Assembly (NCBI GenBank): GCA_964035545.1
Contig: OZ037765.1
Span: forward strand, 20,770,995-20,834,994
Source: Bugula neritina
Taxonomy: Eukaryota; Animalia; Bryozoa
Length of the DNA: 64,000 bases
Reading direction: 5' to 3'
Part shown: piece by piece, positions 18,535 to 31,100 of the stretch
Layout: each line of letters starts with the position of its first letter
Position numbering within the stretch: the stretch's first letter is position 1
The notes under the pieces: model-generated
What the model was told of the DNA's origin: nothing
What the model saw: only the letters and a program-made list of their open reading frames with translations
The model's database searches: none
Translations under genes and position numbers: made by a program

Positions 18535-19172
18535 CTAGGCAAATGTTTCTCGATACCATCCTCTTGGTTGCTGGTAATTCCTAAAATTAATACATATAAA
18601 CAGTTCAGGTATTTGTTCGAAATAACAAGACTGGAATTAGAAAACTTTATACTTTATATAAAATTGCGATCCACTGTGAGCAGAATGCAGTGCAATTACT
18701 ACTATTAGTTCAAGTCATATAGAATAATGCAGAAATTGTAAACCCCTTACATTTTCCTTTTGGCATTGCCAGCTCTTTTGCCATTTAGCCAGCCATCATT
18801 TGAACTGGAAGATTCGGAGCCAAAAAAGCTGCCAGCAAACCTGTTTTGACCAACAGGAAATCCTCTTGCTGTGAATCTCAGCGCAGGAGACTGGAACAGG
18901 GCATTCTTGTCAGGGCGGACTGCATCAGATCTCTTGCAACACCGAACCTTTAGAGAGGAAGATGATAGGTTTAGTGAATATCTAGCTCCTTATATTTTAT
19001 ATTAAATTATGATCCATTATGAGTAGAAATGAAAAATTGTGCCATACTCACAACTATCAATATCAATGCAATTACTATGCAATTACTACTATTAGTATAA
19101 TTGCTGAAACCAATCCCGCGATTGTTGGTGCCAACCATTGAGCATTGTTCTCTTGTTTCGGTTCAGCTGTTT
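18535..19172 (-). CDS. Gene A TM and cytoplasmic exons (19052-19172, 18751-18947, 18535-18580)
   Basis: [32 protein letters not shown](LILIV) | [16 protein letters not shown] | [15 protein letters not shown]. The TM exon is interrupted by an 11-bp duplication; the last exon is less certain. Confidence 0.75.
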
Positions 19173-22100
19173 CTAAAATTTTACAACAGTTTGACGTTGA
19201 GTTACCATAAAATGTTTCAGTGACAGAAGAAATTTAGCCTATGTTCCAGAAAAACAAGGTTTCACCAAAACAATTATCACTGCTAACACATATACTTCGA
19301 TAAAAATTTCTAGTCTCCCTTTGAGCATTTCTAAAAGACAATAGCAAAAACCGGTAATTTTAGTAAAGCTTGTAGATTTGAATTATATAAACTGATCCAC
19401 ATTTCTTGCTGGAATTAACCAAATATGTTAAGAAAATTTAAAGGAGGCATGCATTTAACCAACTGTTCCACCCAGTCTGATTCATTACAAACATGAGGAA
19501 CAAAAGACTACTGGCACGATAAAAGGAAATCGATGTGAATAAGTATTTTACAAGAATGTAGAAGACATGCCTGCTACTAGCACTTGAGATACGGCTAAGC
19601 CTGATGCAGATTTGCCATCAACAACAATTCCAGCAGTAACAGCGGCACTCAACACATCATGAAGCATATTTGCCAGTTCTTCCTCTCCTAATTCTGGGTC
19701 TACATCTGAAGCTATTCTTAACAAAGCTGCAACATCATTGTTGGATAATATTTCTCGTCGGCTTCGTTGGCCAGAGTCCTCAGCTGGTAGGCAACTAAAG
19801 TTCAAATTATCAATAATTGAAATAGTTACATCTAAGATTTCAAACTTTAAAAACTTGTTTTTAAAAAATGAATTACAACTAAGATATGTGTTGTTTATAG
19901 ATATACACTATTTTATAAATCTTTGCTAACATTCCCAAACTGCAAATTTTGAACATAAAATGATACCACATGAAAAACTGTAAGCTATTCTAACTAGAAA
20001 TTTGTAAAGATAATGCAAGCCCAACTTGACTTTTGAAAATATGAAAATAAATTTTTTGATAAAACGTGACTGACTTTATACAAACCTGAATGTCACACCC
20101 AATACTGCAGCGTCATATTGTCTGAAAGAAGATTCGTTCAGCTCTTGGTACACCTGCAAAAGAGAAAAGGATATGAACACAAAAAACTGTGAATACAATG
20201 AGATAATACCAAAATTATCAATGCACAATGTTGGGTTCAAGCTAATAAAAACTTGTATAACTTGAGCCTTTATGTTTACAGCAGCAGCTCTCTGCTTGTG
20301 CTGAATGGATTATATATGTTTACATATACAATCACATGGCAACTGAGAAAATAATATCGTAACAGAAATTATCTGTACAATTGTTGGGTAATTATAATAC
20401 TGCCATCTTTTATTACTTGAGTTCTTGATCGATAAAATAAATATATATTATATAAATGCGTGTGCGTGCGTGTGTGTGTCTGTGTGAGCGTGTGCGTGTG
20501 CGAGCAAGCGTGTGTGCGTGTGTATTTGTAATGAAGCTTACCTTGGTAAAAAGTGCTTGTTTGATTGTGGCATAAGCTGCAGTGCCATCCATTTCAATAT
20601 CATTTTCACATTCTCTATCCGAAAATCTGTAAGTTAGAGTTGCTGTGAACTCAATCTTTCCTTGAATCAGCTCAGATATTACTGCAATCAGTTCAATATT
20701 GAAGTAAAGATGACAAAAAAGAAAAATTGTATTCAAAACATGTACATCGATTGGAAATAAAACATCATTCCTTTGTAAATGCCAGTAAAATAAAGTTCAA
20801 TCACCTTTAATGTTAAAAAGATTCCAAGTAGATAAACCATTAATAGTGATATAATCAATTAAAAGCATTTTTTGAAGAGAGGAGGAGGCACTAAATACTT
20901 TATAATCATATAAAGCGTAGCTGTTACTAACGTAAAACTTGAGATTGATGAACAATTTTTTGAATTTTTGTTATAAAAACAGGCAGCACATATCAATGAC
21001 TTGATCACATGGATATTTTTCATGAGAAACCTAATGAATCAGTATAAAAGCAAAGCATATTTTCAACTTCTTACACATTGACTAGTTTAGATACTTACGC
21101 TGACAGTCTTGCATTAAAGTCCTGGCATAGTTTTCAGCACACTCACATGTGTTGATAGCAGTACAAGCCTCCTTGGCAGGACAGCGTCTGGTAGCAGAAC
21201 AACTTTGACCAAACACTACAAGGAAGAGACTGATGATACTTATAAGAACAAAGATGCTGTACAGAGGCTAACTTCTGAGTCTTTGACATAAATTCGAATG
21301 ATTTCTCAAGTTATGGTATGAAAGCAAAGTCAGTCGGTTGAAAACCGATCCTCAATTTAGTTGAATTCACACATTTAAGTTGACCAGCAGTTCAGTTGAG
21401 GTACACATGCTGTGTGATTAAAAATTATATATGTCGTACAGAGAGAATTTTATAGAGCTTTGCTTACCTGAAGCGTATGGTGAGAGTGTAGTAGTAGCAG
21501 ACAATGTTGTTGACACTGCTGAAGTGGTAGTATCTGGTATGAGAGCCACTTGGCCTTCATCTGCCCCTGTTGAAGTCTCATTTGCTATTTGAAGTTCATT
21601 TGAAGCCATTTGGGATGTAGCATTAGCAACAAGCTCTTGCAAGCCAGCGACATCTAGCTCATCACTGCCATCAGGTGTGGAATCCATCGCAGCTTCAAAC
21701 TCGACATTCACATCTGCTGAGGAATCTATCGCTCTTTTTCTTCGGGCTTGAGAAACCCCAGGTACACATCTGAATAAGTTGACAATGAACATCATGTGTG
21801 TGTATAACAAACGTATATAGTCGTATGTATGTGTATACATGTATGTATGTGTGTGTATATGTATGCATATATGCTCAAATAAAGACACTTACATTTGAAC
21901 TATACCTGCTCAATACACATGTATATAATTTAAGCATATGCTTATGATATTGAGCACACTTATTTGTTATCATTAGTTCATTTTCTAATACTTACGTAAA
22001 GGTCAGTTCTATGATGGCTACAAAATATCCTCCTTTGCCAGTAGCTCTGAATGATTTGTAAATCTAAAATAAAAGCAGAACTTTATTACATGCTGTGAAA

Positions 22101-25100
22101 TCTCCCAATTTAATCTCACTTGTAACTTATTGGACAAGTATCTTATTTGACTCTAGAGGTCAATAAAGTAAATGTTATCGTGACATTGTATTACATGCAG
22201 AAACCTTTACACATCGCAGCCAGTATAATGTTTATCTTATTTGCTTTTGAGCGTAAAGCATTATGTTTAAGAAATTAGATTCATACTTTTAGAAGAAACA
22301 AACAAAAATTAGTTATTACTATAACAAATTGTTTAAAAAATTTAATTTACTCAACCTAAGCAGTAGAACTATAGTGTAATAAAACTAACATTAGCAATTG
22401 CACCAAGTCTTGCTTCTGCATACACATCTGATGTCTTGTTTTCAATGTCAGTATTGCATCCACTTGGGAAAGTGTAAATAACTTGAGAAGTAAATTTAAC
22501 AGTGTTGGCTACAGTTTCGCTAGATATGTCTACAATAACAAAAGACAATAAACTACAGCATTATACATGCACTTATTATTACAAAAAAACCGACAGCAAA
22601 GATGAAATAATATTATGACTCACCAATGCAATCACCAGAAAGAGCACTTCTTACATAGTCCGTGTCACACTCACATAATTTTAAGACACTGCATACTTCA
22701 TGAGCTGCACATTGGCCACATTCAGAGTTGAACCACTCATCTGAAATTAAAGAAGAAAGCTGTTTTATTTGGATGTCAGTACCCAACCAACACAAAGTAA
22801 CTATAATATTCTGTCTTGCATGTGATGTCACAAGGTGCAACTGCGTTTTGTTATCAAAAGGGTATTTTTGAAAAATTTATTGGTTGAAAAGATACAGCCA
22901 TTACAAGATTAATGTAATGAATGATTGATACTCTACATAAGTTGATCAATATATTACAGCTTTACCTTCAATTGCAGTAGTTGTCGTGGGTTTCGTAGTT
23001 GTGGGCATTGTAGTAGTTGTGGGTGTGGTAGTAGTTGTGGGTGTGGTAGTAGTTGTGGGTGTTGTAGTAGTTGTGGGTGCTGTAGTAGTTGTGGGTGTGG
23101 TAGTAGTTGTGGATGCTGTAGTAGTTGTGGGTGTTGTAGTGGTTGTGGGTGTGGTAGTAGTTGTGGGCGTTGTAGTGGTTGTGGGTGTGGTAGTAGTTGT
23201 GGGTGTTGTAGTAGTTGTGGGTGCTGTAGTAGTTGTGGGTGTGGTAGTAGTTGTGGATGCTGTAGTAGTTGTGGGTGTTGTAGTGGTTGTGGGTGTGGTA
23301 GTAGTTGTGGGCGTTGTAGTGGTTGTGGGTGTGGTAGTAGTTGTGGGTGTTGTAGTAGTTGTGGGTGCTGTAGTAGTTGTGGGTGTGGTAGTAGTTGTGG
23401 ATGCTGTAGTAGTTGTGGGTGTTGTAGTAGTTGTGGGTGTGGTAGTAGTTGTGGGTGTTGTAGTAGTTGTAGGCGTTGTAGTAGTTGTGGGTGTTGTAGT
23501 AGTTGTGGGTGTTGTAGTAGTTGTGGGTGTGGTAGTAGTTGTGGGCGTTGTAGTAGTTGTGGGTGTTGTAGTAGTTGTGGGCGTTGTAGTAGTTGTGGGC
23601 GTTGTAGTAGTTGTGGGTGTGGTAGTAGTTGTGGGTGTTGTAGTAGTTGTGGGCGTTGTAGTAGTTGTGGGTGTGGTAGTAGTTGTGGGTGTTGTAGTAG
23701 TTGTGGGTGTGGTAGTAGTTGTGGGTGCTGTAGTAGTTGTGGGTGTTGTAGTAGTTGTGGGTGTTGTAGTAGTTGTGGGCGTTGTAGTAGTTGTGGGTGT
23801 TGTAGTAGTTGTGGGTGTGGTAGTGGTTGTGGGTGTTGTAGTAGTTGTGGGTGTGGTAGTAGTTGTGGGTGTGGTAGTAGTTGTGGGTGTGGTAGTAGTT
23901 GTGGGTGTGGTAGTAGTTGTGGGTGTTGTAGTAGTTGTGGGTGCTGTAGTAGTTGTTGAGTTGGTAGTATTAGAAGTAGTTGGATTGACGTTGACAATGT
24001 TGAAGCCTGCAAAAAACAACAAAATCATATAGTAAGGTAAAAAAAGATTTTTTAAAGGTTTCAAAATTGTCAGGATAGTTCTTATTAAAAATACAGACCA
24101 GTAGCAGAGGTAATGTTGTCTACTGCATCTTCAAAGACCTCCAGTAAATGTTGATGACTGAGGTAACCAACATCTGGTACCTTCACGTAGATTCCTATTT
24201 GAAGATCATTATTCTCATCATATTTAGGAAATCCGGGAAGTCTTGAAAAGTATTCTTTGTAAAAATTAAGTGGTTGAGCTGTAGCTCGTTTCTTCCTGTG
24301 ATAAAACTGAGTAATTATAATGCAAGAAATGACAGACTGGTGTGGTATAAAAGAACTAACTTGACTTTACATAAACAGTTAAGCACAGTTAAACTTTTGC
24401 ACAGTATAAGGAAAGTTGTTCAATTATGTACTGCACCATGGAATAAATACACTAACCGCCTGCTCATCTGAGAGCTGGTTATAAGATCGCAAGAGATTTC
24501 AGAGCATTTTGAAGTTGCGGACTTCGCCAAAATGTCAAATAGAGTTGTCTCTTTTTCCACTGTGTACTGCAAAGTTTACAGCATTATATAAATAAATAAA
24601 TAAATGACTAAATAAATAAATAAATAATAAAAAAAAATATATATATAAGTATAAACATGCAAATTGTTATTTTTATTCTATTATATTTGTATAGCAGTTA
24701 AGGAGTTACCTCAGAAATATTTGTAGTAGCAAAAGAAAATTCCAGTGAGTTCAATTCAGCTTTCTCTTCTACCTCACCAGTAACTTCTGCGACTGGACTG
24801 GAAGGGTTTACAACTGCAATATAAATAATATGAGTTTAACTTGTCTTTTGTCTGGTACAAAGTTTACAGAACATATAAGAAGTGTAGGTAGCATGTGATG
24901 TAATGTGATAAAGGAAAGAAACAACTGCACACTTATACTGCAACCGAGAAACAGTTTTGTAGCACTATTAATGATCTTAACATTGTCACTTGTAAATATA
25001 TGTCATACGTATGAATGGTTGTCAAAAAAATCTACTGTTTCTAATAGCAATAATAAAGTGTCTAAAATATGCCACCTTTTAATATCACTCCAGTCTCTTA

Positions 25101-28100
25101 CCTAGACACACTCCATTGACCTCTACAAGAGTTGTAGAGCAGACACATTCATATCCACCTGGAGTGTTAGAGCAGTCATGTGAGCCATCACAGTCATATT
25201 CATCAGTGATACATTCATTGATGTCTACAAAAATATAATTTGCATACTAGGAGCAGGCAGACAAGCTTCAAATGATCTCTAAGAACTTTGGAGTTAAATA
25301 TGCTGTAGTACATCCAATGCTAACCATTGCAAGTGAATCCATTGGTATCAAGAACATAACCAGATGCACAGCTACAGTTGTATCCACCATCTGTATTTGT
25401 ACAGATCTGAGAACATGCATCTGTTCCTAGAGCACACTCATCAGTCTCATCACATGTTTTTCCATCACCATTCAGAGTGTAGCCTTTGACGCATGAGCAC
25501 ACCTCTGTTCCATTTACTTTGGAACACAAGCCATTGTCAGTATCACAGTTGTTTGAGTCAGCACAAACAGTGGCAGCTAGAAATTTAAAACAAAACAAAA
25601 AGTTCTAGTAAGGATAAAATATAGTTTATACACAGATTGGAAAGCAAGGTGTAACAATGCAATCAGGAAATAGTAGCAATTTGATTTAAACATATCCCTA
25701 CAGGCTAGTAATTCATTAAAAATAAATAAAGCAGTAAACAAAAATTTTCTCCTTTATTTATTGCTGATATTTTGATGTATTTAAAAATTGAGCAATTATA
25801 CAACTAAATATGTACCTTGTACAACTCACTAGATGCTGTGAGAATTCTGTCTGTTGTTTCATTGTAATTCCAATTTCCAAATCATAGATTTGTTGAGCAA
25901 AACAATTTTACTTACTTTCACGGAGTTTTTTGTGTAATGCACTTAATATATATACTTACGTTCACAGTTGATAAAGTCTTTACTAAGAACCATATTTTCA
26001 GGACAACTGCATGTATATGATCCATCAGTATTGTTACAGATCTTATGACAAGGGTTCATTACTTCGCATTCATTAATATCTAAAACAAACAACAACGTGA
26101 CCTGGTTATTAAATTTAGTTTGCTTACACAACAGCTAAAATGAAGCAATCAGTTTAATTACCAAAATTTAAATTAAAGTCACATTTCTAATCTGAATATA
26201 TATATAAGAATTTGAGCAAAGTGAAAATTTACTGAATAATGTCAATATGGTTTTGTAGTTTACAGTGAACTGTTATAGAAACAATAATATGCAACTTTAA
26301 ATCAATCAAGTTTAGGACAACTCTAAAAAATGAATAACAAGGCTAAAAAACATTTAGCAGAAAACATTTTACTCCTAATGTAAAATATTATACATTTCAT
26401 TATTATTTTACAGGGCAAAGCAAATATTATTATGATCTAAATTCTAGTCAGTTGACTAGTTTTTTATTCCATTGCCTGGTTTAAAAACAAAAAAGATGTA
26501 AATTTAATATATTTAATTTAGAAAAATAGAAGATTAGAAAAGTTTTTGCCCAGAATGCCTATAGTTAAAAGTACGTAGAAAAATCTAATCTTTGTAATAG
26601 ATTGTCTACAACACTATTGAGCAATATTGGATATACAGGGAATAAATTTAGGCAATTTTCCTGCAAATTAGAAACAGAAATTGCAAAACAACTATTTATA
26701 ATTGCTATATATGATAGACCATGCCAAAACCTACAATCAAAACATAGTGTAGAAAAAGTTGAAGAGATTTAACTACAAAACAACAACAGCAACTCCGCTA
26801 GGTTTATGTGGAACATTTGGAAAGCTAATAAATGTAATGCCACAATTTCAAGAGGATAAAGAAAAACATATTGGAAAATCAACAAGCATATTAAAAGAGT
26901 ATTGAGGCCATTGAACATAAAAATAATATGATTTAGTGACGACGATATATGAGACAACATTTGTAAATATACTGATTGGTTGAGTATACACTTAAGACCA
27001 GCTGTATAGCTTAGCACATATATCTCTGGCAGAAAAAAGGTTGACTAATCTGTATGCCAGAAAAACAACAGCGAATATTTTGAGTGTAACCAGACCTAAG
27101 ATTAGTGTGTAATTCTTAATATTATTGCCCAGTAGCAATATCTGTTGGCACATGCAAACTTGCTACATACTTGCAAGCCATTCCCTATGTAGATATACTT
27201 ATTGGTAACATGACACGTCATATGGCTTAAGTTTTTGCCTAACCATAACATAATGAGAATGATATTTTGTGATGTTAACAGAAGTATTAAACTTACCATC
27301 ACAAGTAGCTCCATCTTCATTAAGCTCATAACCGTTAGAACAGACACAGACATATGATCCTGGAGAGTTGATACAGATGTGATCACAACTACTTTCATCT
27401 TCACATTCATCTATATCTGTGCATGTTTTACCATCTCCTGTGTATCCAGGTGGACAATCTCCACATCTGTAAGTAGTATGAATATTTATTAGATGTTTAG
27501 AGATACATAAAGATAAAAGAGAAACCTACAGATATTATATCAACATAAACTTACGTGTATCCAGTGTGATCAGCTGGTGGTGGACTATCTACACACAGAA
27601 CTGATGGATAACAGGGAGAAGCTACCAGAGAACATGCATCTAAATCTGTATCACAAGTATCTCCTGTATATCCAGTGGGACAGATACAATCCAATACCAC
27701 TGAACTGTAAAACATATTTACATTATATTAAGTAGTTTGTAATGGTATGATTGAAAGCAACATTTTTAATGTGCCTATTTTTCTATCTTGGTTGTAAAAG
27801 TCTGATTATAACCATAATATGCTTTTCAATTCTCGAATTTTTATTTGAGATTCGCCATTTAAATGAACTATTCATAATATACAGAAACGTATTATAGAAG
27901 TACATATTATAATAGCATTCAAATCAAATGCTATAATAACTATAGGTGTATAAAATAGAAAAATTACAAGTTATACAGGACCGACAAGGGTAGACAAAAA
28001 TCATGCTTATATGAATGCTTTCATATACTTTAAAAATCACAGTTGCCTACAATAAACAAAAGAAACTACATGCGTCATTTGAAAAAAATTACTGTGCAAC

Positions 28101-31100
28101 CGCAACATCTGATCTTATAGATGTTATGCAAACACACATGTACACACACAGGGAAACATATTTTAGGAGTTGATATGCAGTGAATTATTTAAAAGCATTA
28201 TATATAGTTGCACTAGCAAATAACTTGTGAATTGGTTATTAAAAATTTTGATTGACAACAATTGCTAAATTTCTATTTATAATAAATTGGGTCAGTATTG
28301 TAAATAAACTAAACCACGTGTAAGTTTACAACAACTTACTCAGTTTCTGTAGAGGATATCTCATCCTCAGATAAGGGTTCACATGTACCATTATTTACAC
28401 ATTTGCAGATCATAGCCAGGGGAGTTATACTATTGGTAACATTCTTGTCATCCTGAATAACAGACTAGAGGTTAGATAAAATGAACAAATAGAGTTAATG
28501 CACAACAAATTAAACACAAAAACTGTTTAACATCCATTAATCTACTGATACATATAGTAATGCAAATACCAAATAAATACATAAATGCGGTGGAGAGGCA
28601 ATTTCAAACAAGGTATTTACAGTGCTGTGAAGATGCGTAGCTTGAAAAGTTAAGAAACTCCAAAACATACCGTAGCAGACACAGTAAAATTAGAAAAGCT
28701 GTTCAGATCTTCTATTACACCAGATATGTTTACTTGGTTGCCTTCAACTAAGATGGTGTTGTTGTCCACATTTACTGAGACAGTAAATGGGTCGCCATTT
28801 GAGTCATTCACGTGAATTGTATAGTGAAACGCTCCAGTTTCTGAGATTAGCACATAAGTTTCACTGTAGATGGCTGGTGGAAAGTTGTCTACGAGATAAA
28901 GCAGTTCAGCATTGTAGTGATAAATTAATGCATACATTCAAACTAGTTAATGAACGTATTTTACATACACGTCTGCAAAAAAAAAAATATATATATTTTT
29001 AACATACTTAGGGCCTGGTTATCAGATATACTGTTCTCAGCTGTCTTCTTTGTGCTTTTACCAACTTCCACATTCCCAGTAATATATATATCATACAGGC
29101 AAGCATGATCATCTCCACATGTTTTGAATGCTTCTGTCTTGATTTCTTCAGAAGGCCACACCCAGTTGTCAATGTCATCAGTAAACACGGGTACAAATGA
29201 GTTGTTGTTATAAGTTGACCAGTCAGTTCCAGCTTCAGTATAATACATGATAGAATCCTCTTCAGATACAGCAACTAAAATACAATACAACAAACACTTC
29301 ATATTAGAATTCCAGCCTGCACCAACATATACATGCAGCGTGCAGCTGTATTTACAATGAATATGAACGGATTGATACTTACAAGTGCTCGCCCAATCAA
29401 ATAACTCCATTTCTGTAGAGTTAATAGAGATGTGTCCAGTACCATTCAAGTAAGTTAAATCATTTTCCTGATCTCCATCAAACACTCCAGTCAAACCAAC
29501 TGTTGAGCCCCTGAAACTTGCTGGCAAGCTCGGAGTTAGTGTCAGCATTCCCTATATGACAAATAAGTTTAGCATTTTTATGCGGTACCTACAAATACCT
29601 ATGTTATTTGCATCACTTAATGCACTACATCATTATTAGTCTTGAAGAAAATTTGCTAAAATTCAAAAGTAAATGTGAGCTCACAACAAGGTATAATATC
29701 TATATGCCAACAAAAAATGTTTAATATAAATTTATTGCTGCATATAATATAATATCACTACTTGGCTTCATCTAAAAAGATAGTTTTTTTCTGGTTATGC
29801 AGGGTAGTATTTGAGTTGCCATTGGAAAATTGTAGTTGATCACTAAAGTAAAATAGTTTGCACTTACATTCTCAGGAGCTGCAGTTATAGCCAGACCAGA
29901 GTAGAAGAGAACTGTCAGACTGATATTATCTCTTTCAAACATGATGTTACTATCTACTCCATCTATAGTCTGAGTTCCATTAGCATCTTCTTCAATTACC
30001 GAGATATCCACTACTGTACCATTGATTATCAACTGAGTTGTGTTAGCTACTCCTGCACCAAGAGGAGACTTGTTGATCTGAATCTGTACTCTGGGTAATC
30101 CAGATACTGCTATACAGACTGCACTGAAGTATGTAGCTTGTCCCAGACCTAAAGTATGACAGTTTATTTATTATTAAGAAGTAATGATGAATACATCAAC
30201 TCAATTTGTATACATAAAACTCAAATTCACAAGACAAATAACTTGACCATGTGTTTATTTTATATTCAAAAAGTAGTATATGGGTCATTTTACTTAATTT
30301 AGTACACACTGGAAATCTCCAAATTTCAGCTATTTTTCACAATTTAGCTGGTAATGAACATGGCTTTTTGCTTAAAACTAGTATATTCTCAATAAATACA
30401 TATCTAAATAATCAAGGTTTTTCTTAATTTTGCTTGTTTTCCCATGTTTTTTCCTATTTATTCACCTAATTTGGATTACGGACCGTTACTGAAAAAAAAC
30501 CGTAACGGTCCGTAAGCCAAATTAGGTAAATAAATAGGAAAAAACATGGAAAAACAAGCAAAATTAAAAATAACCTTGATTGTTTAAGTGTATTTATTGA
30601 TATTTTACTAGTTTTGAGCAAAAACCCATGTTCATTAGCAGCTAAATTGTAAAAAATAGCTAAAAACTGGAGATTTCCAGTGTGTACTAAATTAAGAAAA
30701 CTGACCCATATACAGTTAAGATGAGTTATGAAAAGTCATTATACTATAATATATAGATTCTTACTTCCATCTTCCAACTTGACTCTTTCAGTTCTGGCCT
30801 GTATGATTGTATCATTATCTCCAATTCTTGTGAATAAATATTCACCAAGTCCATTAAAGGTGTATGAAAAGCCATCAGATGTTACTATGTGAGGATCTCC
30901 AAACCATGGCCCTAAACACAAAATGATCTATTTCAACTGGATGTTTAGAGAAGAGGTAAACAATTTAACAAGTTTAAATACACGTTTAAAATATGTTTTA
31001 ATTATATTAAAATAAAAAATATTTTTTATAATTACATTAAATTAATATCTTGACTCCTAGACCTAGACATTCAAAAGTTTCTGCTAAACTTGAGCTTCAT

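Noticed and set aside
18409-18580. Longer alternative frame for the last exon ([17 protein letters not shown])
   Set aside because: It requires phase 1, but the preceding exon ends in phase 2; unresolved without cDNA.
22954-24032. Poly-Val/Gly and HPQLL ORFs
   Set aside because: Shadow frames of the PTTTTT exon, which has the splice sites and phase fit.
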